Shown here piece by piece: positions 10,400 to 24,244 of a stretch of 64,000 nt of DNA. Both the position numbers and the translations under genes were made by a program. Numbering within the stretch: position 1 is the stretch's first letter; each line of letters starts with the position of its first letter. Origin of the DNA: an uncultured delta proteobacterium. Lineage in GTDB: Bacteria > Desulfobacterota > Binatia > UBA9968. The stretch lies in NCBI GenBank assembly GCA_963847445.1, contig CAWJZV010000015.1, positions 128,001-192,000 on the forward strand, in the 5' to 3' direction. Below the pieces are notes generated by a model. That model ran no database searches and had not been told where the DNA came from. It was given only the letters and a program-made list of their open reading frames with translations.

Positions 10400-11152
10400 A
10401 TGATTTTCCGGTTACGATGGCTCTGGGCCGGCCTCGCTGTTCTCGCGCTGGGCGGTTGCGCGTCGTCCAAGAGTCGCCCGCCAGCACCGCCGTTCAGGCC
10501 GGCGTCGAATGTGTTTCATGTAGTCAAACCGGGTGAGAATCTATTCCGCATCGGCAAAGCGTACGATGTTTCCTTAGCCGAGTTGGCCAAAGCGAATCGG
10601 CTGAAGGATGCGAGTCAAATCTACGTCGGCCAGAAACTCTTGATCCCCGGCGCCCACCGGCAATTGCCGGTGGATACCATCGCTCCGCTGGAGACGGCGC
10701 CGGTGTCGCGTACGCAGCCGCCGTCCGCCGACATTGGCGGCGATCCGTTACTCTGGCCGGTGAGTGGCACGATCAATTCCAACTATGGTCCGCGCGGATC
10801 AAGTTTTCACGACGGTATCGATATCGCCGCGCCGGAAGGGACGCCGATCCATGCGATCGAGCGCGGTGAAGTTATCTATAGCGATCAGCTGCGCGGCTAT
10901 GGCAATATCGTCATCCTGCGCCATCCAGGCGGGATAGTTTCGGTTTACGCCCATAACCAAGTGAATCTCGTGCGCGAAGGCCAGCCGGTGAGCAGGGGCG
11001 AGGTGATTGCCAAGGTCGGCAGCACCGGACGGGTGACGGGGCCGCATCTGCATTTGGAAATTCGCCAGAACAATACGGCACAAGACCCGCTGCGTTACCT
11101 GCCGCAGTTGTGCTGCTTATCGGCATCCGATAATGTGGCGCCGAAAGATTAG
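10400..11152 (+). CDS. LysM + M23 peptidase lipoprotein (NlpD-like)
   Basis: Lipobox-like LALGGC, LysM HVVKPGENL, M23 HDGID and HLH motifs. Confidence 0.9.
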   Translation: MIFRLRWLWAGLAVLALGGCASSKSRPPAPPFRPASNVFHVVKPGENLFRIGKAYDVSLAELAKANRLKDASQIYVGQKLLIPGAHRQLPVDTIAPLETAPVSRTQPPSADIGGDPLLWPVSGTINSNYGPRGSSFHDGIDIAAPEGTPIHAIERGEVIYSDQLRGYGNIVILRHPGGIVSVYAHNQVNLVREGQPVSRGEVIAKVGSTGRVTGPHLHLEIRQNNTAQDPLRYLPQLCCLSASDNVAPKD

Positions 11153-11164
11153 AGGTTCTCCATC

Positions 11165-12309
11165 ATGAAAGAGTTGGCGACGGTTAGAAACGATGTGGTC
11201 GGTAGCCTGCTGCGGCCGGCGCAACTTAAAGCGGCGCGGCAGCAATTTGACGAGGGCGCGTTATCGCTAGAGCGATTGCGCCAGATTGAAGATCAAGGAA
11301 TTCGCGACGCGGTCAAGCTGCAAGAAGAAGTCGGCCTAGCGGTAGTCACCGACGGCGAGTACCGCCGGCTCAATTTCCAAGACAGTTTCGGCGAATCGGT
11401 GACCGGGTACGATGCCGGCAAGCCCAGTCTAAAACTTTACGAGCAGCGGGTGGAGGGGAGCAGTCCGCTGCGCCGTTGGGAGATCCCCGATCAGGGCGAG
11501 CAGAAAGGCACCGCGGTGGCGCAGCGCCGGCCGGTGCTGGCGAAGCTCGGATTGGCGCGCAATGTGCCGGCGGAAGAATTTCGTTTCCTGAAGCAAATCA
11601 CCGGCAAACCCGGCAAGGTCGCTTTGATCGGTCCGGATCGGATCGCGCAGCGATTCGATTGGCAGAATTCTACCGGCGTCTATTCGGGACTCGACGAGTT
11701 CGTCGACGACGTGGTCAAAGTGGAGCGCGCAGATCATTGGCGGCTTGGTCGATGCCGGATGCCGCTATGTGCAGATCGACGCGCCGGGTTATACAGCTTA
11801 CGTCGATCCGCCGTCGCTCGCCGCCATGCGGGCTCGCGGCGAGGATCCGCAGGCAAATTTCAGCCGCTCGCTAAAAGCCGATAACGCGGTGCTCGCCGGC
11901 TTCGACGCCGTCACTTTCGGCATTCACTTATGCCGCGGCAATCAGCGCAGCATGTGGCATCGCGAAGGCACCTACGACGAAATCGCCGAGCGCTTGCTTA
12001 ATGAGCTGCAACATGACCGGTTTCTCTTTGAATACGATACGCCGCGCGCCGGCGGCTTTGAACCCTTGCGCTTTTTGCCCAAGGGCAAAGTCATCGTTCT
12101 AGGCTTGGTCAGCACCAAAGTGGCCGAGCTCGAGACCGTCGACGAACTCAGGCGGCGCATCGATGCCGCCGCCAAGTATGCGCCGCTCGAGCAGATCGCT
12201 ATAAGTCCGCAGTGCGGCTTTTCCTCCGATGTCGTCGGCAACTTGATCAGCGACGACGATCAGAAGCGCAAGCTCGCTTGTGGAAACGGCGCGGCAGGTT
12301 TGGGGATAG
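11165..12309 (+). CDS. Cobalamin-independent methionine synthase II family protein; frameshifts near 11730 and 12280
   Basis: VGSLLRP, TDGEYRR, HLCRGN, LFEYD, SPQCGF; ends VETARQVWG in a shifted frame. Confidence 0.88.
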
Positions 12310-12386
12310 ACCTCGCAAACCGCGGCATTTCAAATGCAAATTTCGGATTGCACATTCAATTCTAGCTTGTCGAGAGGTAACTGGGT

Positions 12387-12923
12387 ATGGGTGACGATAT
12401 TGCCAGTATTCGCAGCGCGATTCGCGACATTCATGATTTCCCCAAGCCGGGAATTGTCTTTAAAGACATTACGCCGCTTTTAAGCAACGGTCGATTGTTC
12501 GGCAAAACGGTCGACTTGATCGCGGCGCGTTATCATGGGCAAAAGATCGACACGGTGTTGGGCATCGAGTCGCGTGGGTTTATCTTCGGTTCCGCTCTGG
12601 CGTACAAGTTGGGTGCCGGTTTTAGCGTCGTGCGCAAGCCCGGCAAGTTGCCCTATGACACCCATAGCGCCAGTTACGAGCTCGAATACGGCAAGGATGC
12701 GTTGGAGATCCATGTCGACGCCATCGCACCGAACGCCCGGGTGGTGATCGCCGACGATTTGATCGCCACCGGCGGCACCGCCGCGGCGACCGCCGCGCTG
12801 GTTTCGCGACTGGGCGCTGTCGTGGTCGAATGTGCCTTCGTGATCGAACTGGGGTTTCTCAATGGCCGCGAAAAACTCAAACCCCATAAGGTTTATTCGG
12901 TGCTCCAATACGACTCAGAGTAG
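12387..12923 (+). CDS. apt: Adenine phosphoribosyltransferase
   Basis: DFPKPGIVFKDITPLL, RKPGKLP, DDLIATGGT. Confidence 0.97.
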   Translation: MGDDIASIRSAIRDIHDFPKPGIVFKDITPLLSNGRLFGKTVDLIAARYHGQKIDTVLGIESRGFIFGSALAYKLGAGFSVVRKPGKLPYDTHSASYELEYGKDALEIHVDAIAPNARVVIADDLIATGGTAAATAALVSRLGAVVVECAFVIELGFLNGREKLKPHKVYSVLQYDSE

Positions 12924-12960
12924 CGCCGCAAAATCTCTGTATTTGCAGCGTTTCTATTCC

Positions 12961-12999
12961 TTGACTTCACCCGCACATTCGTCTATAAGTTGAAGTCAA
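12961..12999 (+). promoter_or_regulatory. Sigma70-type promoter overlapped by a 9-bp inverted repeat
   Basis: TTGACT-N17-TATAAG; TTGACTTCA (12961-12969) and TGAAGTCAA (12991-12999). Confidence 0.6.
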
Positions 13000-13075
13000 C
13001 TTGGCCGACTAACCTAGTGAAAAGTTTAGGCTTCATTCGCAACATGCCGGCGCTGCAGCAAATTTGGATCGATCG

Positions 13076-15643
<2,568 letters not shown>

Positions 15644-15717
15644 TCGCTCCTAACGAGTTATGCTCCAGTGAACTGGCCGCCCCCTGGCGGCCAGTTCCAT
15701 TTCGCCCTTGTTCATCC

Positions 15718-16259
15718 ATGCCGCGTCTCAGCCGTAAATCACCGGTCCGGATGCTGCTCTACGGCTTTGGGCCGTACCGCAAGTTCACCGAGAACATTAC
15801 GGCAAAAATCATCGAGTCTCTGGCGCCCCGGCCGGGGCTGGGCACAATTGTTTTTCCGGTGCGCTTTCAGCGCCGGCAGTTCATTGACGCGCTAAGAACC
15901 CTCCAGGCCTTTGATGGTCGTGGGTTTGGGCCAAAGTTCGCGACCGAGAATCGAGGTCGAGACCCGCGCGATCAATCGCCGCGCGGGCCAGCAAGTCCGG
16001 TGCGCCGCGGTCGATCACCGCAGGCGGAAAAGCTTGGATGCCGGCAACCATGCCGCTCTCCGTGACCCGTCCCGCGGCGAAGTCGATCAACGCCGGCGAC
16101 TATGTCTGCAACTTCTCGATGTATGTGATGCTTGAGGAGCTTGAACGGCAAGACCACAATAGCCGCTTCGGCTTTGTCCACATTCCCTTCAATCACGACC
16201 TCCAGGCGGCGTGCCGCTACGTCGAACGGATCGTCGGCAAGTGTTTCAATATGCGCTGA
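15718..16259 (+). CDS. Pyroglutamyl-peptidase I-like (C15) protein; frameshifted
   Basis: [29 protein letters not shown] and FVHIP spread across three frames. Confidence 0.75.
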
Positions 16260-16290
16260 TAAGTTGGAGCGCGATCGCGCCGCCAAGTGG

Positions 16291-17163
16291 CTAGGCGGTT
16301 AGCCGCCGGAGCGCTTCGAAATATTTGTCCTGGGTTTTCTTGACGATCTCCGGCGGCAGTTCCGGCGCCGGCGGCTTTCATGTTCCAATTTAGACCGAGC
16401 AGATAATCGCGCACGAACTGTTTGTCGAAACTGTCCGGCGTCTTGCCCGGTCGGTAGCCGTCCATGGGCCAGAAGCGTGATGAGTCGGGGGTCAGCACTT
16501 CGTCGATGAGCAAGATGTCGTCGCCTTCCATGCCGAATTCGAACTTGGTATCGGCGATGATGATGCCCTTGGTCTCGGCCACGACGCGGGCGCGCTGGTA
16601 GATCGCAATGGTGGCGTCGCGCATTTTCTCCGCTCTGACCTTGCCGACTTTTGTCGATCATGTCGGCGAAGGTAATGTTGATATCGTGATCGCCGACGGC
16701 GGCCTTGGTCGACGGCGTGAAGATCGGTTCGTCGAGACGCGCCGCTTCGACCAAGCCCTGGCGGTAGGGCGATGCCGCACACCGCGCCGGTCTTTTGATA
16801 ATCCTTCCAACCGGAGCCGGTGATATAACCGCGCACGATGCATTCGACCGGCGCCGGCGTGCTTTTCTTGACCAGCATGCTGCGGCCTTCGAGGGCGGCG
16901 CGATGGGGCTGGCAGGCGGCGGGAAACTCGTCGACGTTGGTCGTGATCAAATGATGCGGCACGATGTCGCCGATCTGGCCAAACCAAAATTCCGACAGCT
17001 GCGTGAGGATCTTGCCTTTGTCGGGAATCGGCGTCGGCAGGATCACGTCGAAGGCGGAAATGCGATCGCTGGCGACCAGCAGCAGTTTGTCGCCGAGATC
17101 GTAGATGTCGCGCACTTTGCCGCGGCTGAAAAGAGTCAATCCAGAAAGAGTGGTTTCGCTCAT
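16291..17163 (-). CDS. purC: SAICAR synthetase; several frameshifts
   Basis: [54 protein letters not shown]. Confidence 0.95.
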
Positions 17164-17310
17164 CTGAGATCCTTTAGCAGAAAAGTTTTTCACAGGTAGT
17201 GGGCCGTTGATGGACAGATTTTCGTCTCAGCTTGCACAGGCAAACTGTCCCGTTCGTGGCCAGCGTCGAGTCTCAAGCACTGAACCGCATAGCGCTTGAG
17301 AAGTTGCTGG

Positions 17311-17649
17311 TTACTTGTTGTCCGAATCTGGAGAAAAATATTCCAGACGACTGACGGCAACGTCCGAGACAAACATGACGCCGGTGTGGCGCGCGAAGAG
17401 CGGCTTCAACCCCGCCAAGATCGGTTCGACGTTTTCCGCTGCCACCACGGTCATGAGCATGACGATACTGTCCATTTCATTGAACATCGGATGAGATGTG
17501 TGAAAGCCGTGGTGTCCCTTTCCCGAGATGTTGTGGATGATGGTGTATCCGGTGGCTTTGTGGTCCAGCAGATCGGTGGCGAATTTCAGTTGCTCGCCCT
17601 CGATGATGATCCTAAGTTCTTTCATTGGATGAAGCGTTAGGTCGCTCAT
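17311..17649 (-). CDS. PII-like (SbtB/DUF190-type) regulator in the dab operon
   Basis: MKELRIIIEG..ATGYTI..ISGKG..GVMFVSDVAV PII-fold pattern; directly after dabA. Confidence 0.8.
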   Translation of the reverse strand: MSDLTLHPMKELRIIIEGEQLKFATDLLDHKATGYTIIHNISGKGHHGFHTSHPMFNEMDSIVMLMTVVAAENVEPILAGLKPLFARHTGVMFVSDVAVSRLEYFSPDSDNK

Positions 17650-17698
17650 GGCACTTCTCCTCTCCGTGGCATGGTTTGTAATCGATTGATGGCAGGTC

Positions 17699-20600
17699 TT
17701 ACAAGCTCACACTCCATCCCTGCCTCGAAAGATAGCGGTAACATAGTTGAACTTCCGGATCGATGGCAAAGAGGTGCATCCATTCGTTGTCATACAGTCG
17801 CTGCAACAGACGCTGGTTGCGCACGATCCTGTCGATTCTGTCTCTCGGTGCTTCGATCAGGGTGAATAGTCGCATGGCCTCGTGATACGGCCGCTGACCG
17901 TTCATGACGGTCTGCCAGGCGAGGCCGGTGCGCAGATCGCTTTGAGTCCCCGACATGATCCCTAGGCGGCCGACGACGTTATGATAAACCTTGCTGCCGC
18001 TGCCATAGACTTCCTGATCCACGGTAGAAAAGTAATGCTCCATGTTGATCCATTGGGCGACAATTTGCGGGCCGGTCATCACCGCTTCGAGCAGTTTTCC
18101 GTCCGGATCGCCGCGATAGTCATAGGAGTGTAGAAATACTTGCCCGTCAAGCTGTATGCCGCGGGTTAACGCTCGTCGCCCGATGATCATGGCGGCGTTC
18201 CCGGACAGCCCCCACTCCGGCCGGACTTGGCTCCAATCACTGCTCCGCCGGCGCACTTCCCGTCTTGCTTTCGATGCCCGGAGAGTCTTATTGACCTCGG
18301 GGAAACGCGCGCAGCGCTCTTGGCTGTTGCGCATGCCCGCACGCTCAAGGTCGCGCACGACTTGCAACAAATCCTTCCGATGGGTCGGCGGCAGATCTTC
18401 AAGATCGAAGAGGTCGACCTCATCGGTGGTCGTGTTGTGTTGTCCAGCGATGAAGTAGGTGTCTTGCGGAATCACGATGCCGTTTTTGGCTAATTGCTCC
18501 CGCACCAATGGCTTATTAGCCATGATGGCGACAACCCGGGCGTTGGCCTTGCCCGCGTTGCCGCCGCAAGCGCCGCAGTCCAGAGCGGCTTCGAAAGGGT
18601 TATTCTCCGAACGGCTCGCATGGCCGCAGAAAAGCACCAGGCGGGCGAAATTTGCGGTCAAGCCCATCATTCTAAGTACTGTTTCAACGGTGAGAACCTG
18701 CTCGTTGAGAGTGAAGCCGGTACGGGTAATGCGTTCTAAGCGGGCAAAGGCGCCGGCTTGGTTAATGCCATATTGTTTCCTAAGATCCGCCACGAAATCG
18801 GCTTCTTCCTGGGGCGAAAGAGCGGTGGAGCGGGCCTCTGCCGACGGGTTTGCCGGCGCTCAGTTCATCCAGCGCGCGCTGGCGTAAAAACTCCAGTCGC
18901 TCCAACGATAAATTCAGATTACGTTCGCCGAATTTTTCTTGTAGTGCGCGGCGGGTGGTGGCGCGCTGTTCGGCGGCGAGCATCTCGTCGACTTCTTGGC
19001 GTGACAATTTATCGACGGTCAAGGTCGTCGCCACGGGGGGCACGAGTTTGCGGCGAATCCACTCCGTGGCGTTGCGGTAGCCGGTCGCGAAAAGATTTTT
19101 GCCGATCAGAGGAAGACTGTAAAACCATCCCAAAGACTCGACCATGACATAGGGAGTGACGACATTTTCCTTGAGATCGTAGAGTAGGGTGTGAAAGGCT
19201 TCGAGAAGTGCCTCTCGGTGGCGATGGCGAAAGATAAACTGTCCTTGATAGGTGCGCGGGATTTCGCGAACCAAGTTTTTGCTCTTGAGAATTACCGGAA
19301 ATTGATCGGTTTCATGATGGCTGCCGAGCGCTTGATGGCGGATGGCCACGGCGAAGAAGCCGGCGAAACCGAACGTTTCGTAGTCTCCCGTAGCTTCCAG
19401 GTTGCGCCGCAAGGGCTCTGATCGGACGTCGATGCAAAACACGGCCTGGGCCTGAGGTCTAACTTGGGAATTGCCTGGGACAGCGCTTTCGCCAGACTCT
19501 CCAGTTGAACTCCAGCTCGGGGGGGATTCGTTGAATCGACCGATCTTGAATCGGAGCTTCTCGAGCAATTGCTCTTGGTAGCCATCCTCGAAAGCTTTGA
19601 GCCACAGCGGCCCATGGGCTGACTTTGGAAACCCGTGCATCCACTCAAGCAAAGTGCGTAAGGTCTCGTCCGGAGCTTGCAGTAGCAGCGCCGGTTCCAA
19701 GTCAAGGGCGCGCGCCAGTAGCACAAGTTGCCAAGCGGCGCCGGGAGGATTGCCGTGCATGGTTCCGTCGCGCTCCGCGCCCGCGAGAAAAGGGCTCCCT
19801 AATTTTTGCATTTCGGCTGCAATGGCTTTGGCGTTGCCGTCAATAGCCAGTGCTTGGCGGCAGGATTGATGCACCAATTCCCGTTCGTACCATAGACGTA
19901 CCGCCAGGTACTGGACCAAATCGTTGGGATAAGCGGTTTGCCACGCGTATTCGTCCTGATCGGCGCGCCACTTGATGAAGCTGGCCCAACCGGCCAGAGC
20001 GGCAAGATGTAAGGAAAAATAATTCTGCCACGAAGTGGCGTCAATGCCGAGCGCGCCAAGGGTTTCGAGTAGTGAATCTTCGGCCTGCGCCGGCAGGCGT
20101 ACCAGTTTCTCTCGATGACTTTTGATCCCGCAAGGCGACCATTCCTTCTGCACTAACAATTTCCAGGCTGCGAAGAATCCATTTTCTCGGCCCGGCATGG
20201 GCCAGGGTGCATGCCCTTCGTCCAGGAACGCCTCGCACCACTTGATCATCTCGCGGTTGATGGCATCGTTAATCCGGGTGCCGAGAATTCGATCGCACCA
20301 GCTAGCTAAAGTCTCGTTGTTACTAACAGTATCCTGCTCGGCAGTGCTTGGCTGGAGCGAAGGCTGCCGCGCTATCGACGATAAATAATGCGCCAGAGCG
20401 GCGATGGTATTGCGGTCGGGATGGCGCGCGAGCTGAGCGTCGAGCATTTCGGCTGGCGGCGCGGAGGTGTCGCCAAATAAGCAGGCGCGCAGAACATCCA
20501 AATGGTTGACTTCACGGATACCTAGTTTCACCTGTTGGTTGCGTGCAAGCGGTTTCAGGGTGGCATCGACATGCCGTGGCAGGATTCGCCCTGCACGGAA

Positions 20601-20828
20601 ATAGTCGCGAAAAACATCGGCGGATAAAAAGCTGTTGCCACCGCGCCATCGTTGCGCCGTCTGCGCGGCTTGCTCGAAGGGCAGATCTTCCAGGCCATGC
20701 AGCGGGTTATGATGCACGAAGGTGCGCATCGGCCAATAATAAGCAATGATTTCACTGGCTAACCGGATCAGAGCTCGGAGCTCCATCCGCTGGCTCTCGC
20801 TGTAAGGTGAACCTGTTACTTGTGCCAC
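17699..20828 (-). CDS. dabA: DabA/MpsB (DUF2309) beta-carbonic-anhydrase-like subunit; frameshift near 18847
   Basis: [16 protein letters not shown]; Zn-ligand motifs [12 protein letters not shown] and LDCGACGG; [17 protein letters not shown]. Confidence 0.95.
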
Positions 20829-23410
20829 AGCAAGCTCTCCAACGCAGCTCGGTGAAGGTCGGTGCCGACCGGTGACTCAAACCGTAAGGCCGGACTCGCC
20901 CCGATCGCAACAGCGATTGCCAAGATGATTGTCAGCCAGGCCAATTCGCCGGAGCGCAGATCCGAATAGCGCCCATCGGCAGCAGGGCAGCCGAACAGCA
21001 CCCGCTGCAGCAATCTGAAAAGATACCACGAAGCGATAAACCAACTGCATAGAGCGATGACCAATCCCCACGAGAGGGCTACCGAAGATTGTGGCGATGT
21101 TCCCGCTTGGGCGGAGAAAAGCGCCAATGGTGGCAGGCTGACGGCGGCCATAACATACAATGAAAATAGCGCGGCGAACCGCGGCATTGGGCGCGCCAGT
21201 CCGTGCATGCGGTCGAGGGCAAGATCGCCATAGCGTTTGCGGAGAAACTGCCACGCTAGTAATAGCCCGACATTGAGCAGCGCGACCGCGCCGATGTAAG
21301 CGAAGCCAGCCGTGGGAATACCCCCGGAAGTCGCGAAGTGCCACCAAAAAGCGCCATAAAGTGCCAGACTGCCGTAACCTAATAGTTCTGGCACATGCAC
21401 CTGGGCAAGGGCTTTGAGCGAGCCGTAAAGCATGCCGACGAGGGCGAGTGCTTGCACGGCGCTGAGGAACCCGCTGGGAAAGTCGTTGGACCAATTGGCC
21501 AGGGCATAGGCCCCGAGCGCCGGCAGCAACAAGCTGGCGAGTGCGCTCCGATAACCTGGCGAACGGGTTATCGCCTCAATATAGAGTCCGTGGAGCGGAA
21601 ACAGCGGCAGCAACAGCGCTACCGACATCCATTGGACAAATTGGGCTGACGGAAAATTCGCCATTTGAGCGATGAAATAGATCCCCGGAGCGACGGCCAA
21701 GAAAGCGGCGACGGTGAAAAAGAGCCGTGTACCATTCAGTCGGTCGACGGCGCGTGTCACCGGGCCGCGGATTCGCAGCGAGATTGCGTCGAGATACAGG
21801 CGGTTTATCAGTAACAGGTATGTGTGAAATTGCAGCGATCTGGCCCATTGCGGCATCTGTATCCTTCGGCCGTGGCTCGCCGCATAAATCAGTATCCAGC
21901 CGACGATGATCACCAGAGCGAACGCGGTCACCAATAGATCGAACAGCACCACCGGCAAGGCGCCGGCGCGAAAGTGGCGCGCCACTTCGCCTGGCGCCGG
22001 AAACAGGAAGTGGGTGAAACTTTCCGCGGCAAACAGATAGGTAACCACGACGATGAACAGGGCTGAGAGCATGCTTACTGCGACCTTCCAAGAGGCCACC
22101 GCCCGGAGCCGATAGAGCGTCAGAATCGCCTGAGACGAAGTGGCCCAACCGAAAAAGAGAAAGATGGTCGTCCCTTGTGAGTCCCCTAACGCTATATTCA
22201 AGGCTCCATGAGCCCCAAGTACTATGATCAATGGCAGGATGAGCGTTGTGGCAAAACCGGTGAGCCATGCCAGATTTGAAAATTCGCCGCCTTCCGCCGC
22301 AGCTTGGCGGCGCGGCTGTCGCGGTTCCTGGCGGGCTGCGTGAATCACATAGCCGGAGTTCAAGAAAATCGAGCCCTTAAACAAACCATGAGCGATCAAA
22401 TGAAAGATCGCCAGACCGTAAGCGCCCAGCCCGCATTCCATAATCATGAATCCCATCTGGCCGATGGTGGAATAGCCTAGGGTCTTTTTGATGTCGTTCT
22501 GCACCAGCATCATGGACGAGCCGAGAATGGCCGTGAGCATGCCGACGGCGAAAACCAGATGAAGGGTCGCCGGGCTTAAGGCGTAGAGCGGCGCCAACCG
22601 GGTCAGGAGAAAGCCACCGGCATTAATGATTCCGGCGTGGAGTAGCGCAGTGACCGGGGTGGGCGCATAGAGGAAATCGGGGAGCCACATATGCAATGGA
22701 AACTGCGCTGACTTGCTCATGGCGCCAATGAAGATCAGCGCACTCACTGCGGTGCCGGCGGTGATTTCAATGCCGCCGGGCCAGAGCGTGAATACGCTCT
22801 TCGCTTCGGCGCTACGGATAAACAACTGCTGCAGCTCCAGCGTGCCATAGAAGCTTTGCGCGAGAACGATGCCGCCAAGGAAGGCCACGTCCCCGCCGCG
22901 CTGCATGATGAAGGTCCTGAAAGCGCCGCGCACGGTGGCTAGGTGTTCGTGGTTGTAAGACAACAGCGGCACCAGCCAGCTGAGCAATTGCCAAAAGGCA
23001 AACAGCATGAGCAGGTTGGCGCTGGAAACCATCCCGAGCAGCACAAAGGTCGTGAAAGCCAACAGGCTATGAAAGCGCGCGTAGCCCCATTCCTGCTGCA
23101 TGTAGCGGATGGAGAAAATATGGATAAGGATACTAATCGCCGAAATATGCACCAGCATCACGGCGCATAACCGGTCGACGTACAAGCTCAAAAACGAGAT
23201 GCCGTGGGGCCAGAGCGAAACGTATGTCGTCAGTGGGCCGCGGATCGTGACTTCGTAGAGTAGCACCAGGGAAAGTGCGAACGCGATGACCTCGGCGGCG
23301 ACGCCAAGGCGGGCGAGTTTTGGCCCGAGCGTCCGACCGCAAAGGCCGATAACCGTACCCCCTGCTAGTGGCGCGAGAAGTATCAGTAACGGTAGATCAG
23401 AAAGGCTCAT
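20816..23410 (-). CDS. dabB: DabB/MpsA NuoL-like membrane subunit with a fused C-terminal NuoM-like module (~864 aa)
   Basis: KSAQFPLHMWLP, APTPVTALLHAG, YSTIGQMG, HLIAHGLFKG; second module PLFPLHG..GLARPMPRFA..SLPP; overlaps the dabA start. Confidence 0.88.
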   Translation of the reverse strand: MSLSDLPLLILLAPLAGGTVIGLCGRTLGPKLARLGVAAEVIAFALSLVLLYEVTIRGPLTTYVSLWPHGISFLSLYVDRLCAVMLVHISAISILIHIFSIRYMQQEWGYARFHSLLAFTTFVLLGMVSSANLLMLFAFWQLLSWLVPLLSYNHEHLATVRGAFRTFIMQRGGDVAFLGGIVLAQSFYGTLELQQLFIRSAEAKSVFTLWPGGIEITAGTAVSALIFIGAMSKSAQFPLHMWLPDFLYAPTPVTALLHAGIINAGGFLLTRLAPLYALSPATLHLVFAVGMLTAILGSSMMLVQNDIKKTLGYSTIGQMGFMIMECGLGAYGLAIFHLIAHGLFKGSIFLNSGYVIHAARQEPRQPRRQAAAEGGEFSNLAWLTGFATTLILPLIIVLGAHGALNIALGDSQGTTIFLFFGWATSSQAILTLYRLRAVASWKVAVSMLSALFIVVVTYLFAAESFTHFLFPAPGEVARHFRAGALPVVLFDLLVTAFALVIIVGWILIYAASHGRRIQMPQWARSLQFHTYLLLINRLYLDAISLRIRGPVTRAVDRLNGTRLFFTVAAFLAVAPGIYFIAQMANFPSAQFVQWMSVALLLPLFPLHGLYIEAITRSPGYRSALASLLLPALGAYALANWSNDFPSGFLSAVQALALVGMLYGSLKALAQVHVPELLGYGSLALYGAFWWHFATSGGIPTAGFAYIGAVALLNVGLLLAWQFLRKRYGDLALDRMHGLARPMPRFAALFSLYVMAAVSLPPLALFSAQAGTSPQSSVALSWGLVIALCSWFIASWYLFRLLQRVLFGCPAADGRYSDLRSGELAWLTIILAIAVAIGASPALRFESPVGTDLHRAALESLLWHK

Positions 23411-23749
23411 GGGCGAAGAAACCGGTGTCGGCTGGAACAGTGATAGGTATGTCAATCGCCCATAGCGTCAATCCGCCGCCGCCCTTGCGTGTGTCATGGT
23501 TAGGAGTCCTGCGGTTAAACGGACAGTTTTCATCGTCGAGATTCACGACCTCAAGGCTCTCTTCAGCGTAAGTTTATTGTGGATTTCTCGGGCGGTCGGT
23601 GTTTCCATGCCGCCATAAACAGAGGAAGAAATATCAGCGTCACTCCGAGAACGCAACCGATTCTCGACCGACTCGCATTGACTTATGCTTTGCTCTGTAA
23701 CAGGCTAAGCCCGTTCATAATAAACAAACTCGGCAAGGATTGCGGATTC

Positions 23750-24244
23750 ATGGCACCAGCGCACACCCCCCTCGTCAGCGTCATCATGGGCAGTCAATCG
23801 GATTGGGACACCATGCAGCATGCGTCGGCGACGCTCAAAGACTTCGCCGTTGAGCATGAATGTCTGATCGTCTCGGCCCATCGGACGCCGGCGTGGCTCA
23901 CGGAGTTTGCCGGCGGCGCTGAGGGGCGCGGCATCGAAGCGATCATCGCCGGCGCCGGCGGCGCTGCGCATCTGCCGGGCATGACGGCGGCGCAGACTCT
24001 GGTTCCTGTGCTCGGTGTGCCGGTGGAAAGTGCCGCGCTCAAAGGCATGGATTCGCTGTTATCGATTGTCCAAATGCCGGGCGGCATTCCAGTCGGAACG
24101 ATGGCGATCGGCAAAGCCGGCGCGATTAACGCAGCACTGCTGGCCATTGCGATCCTCGCCAATTCACGGCCTGAGCTGCGCGAGAAACTGCGCCAGTTCC
24201 GCGCCAATCAGACCGCCGCCGTGCGCCAGCAGAAGTTGCCGTGA
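23750..24244 (+). CDS. purE: N5-CAIR mutase (class I PurE)
   Basis: [34 protein letters not shown]. Confidence 0.97.
   Translation: MAPAHTPLVSVIMGSQSDWDTMQHASATLKDFAVEHECLIVSAHRTPAWLTEFAGGAEGRGIEAIIAGAGGAAHLPGMTAAQTLVPVLGVPVESAALKGMDSLLSIVQMPGGIPVGTMAIGKAGAINAALLAIAILANSRPELREKLRQFRANQTAAVRQQKLP

Noticed and set aside
20816-23410. Respiratory complex I nuoL or Mrp antiporter operon
   Set aside because: No other nuo or mrp membrane subunits are adjacent, and the overlap with DUF2309 identifies it as DabB/MpsA.
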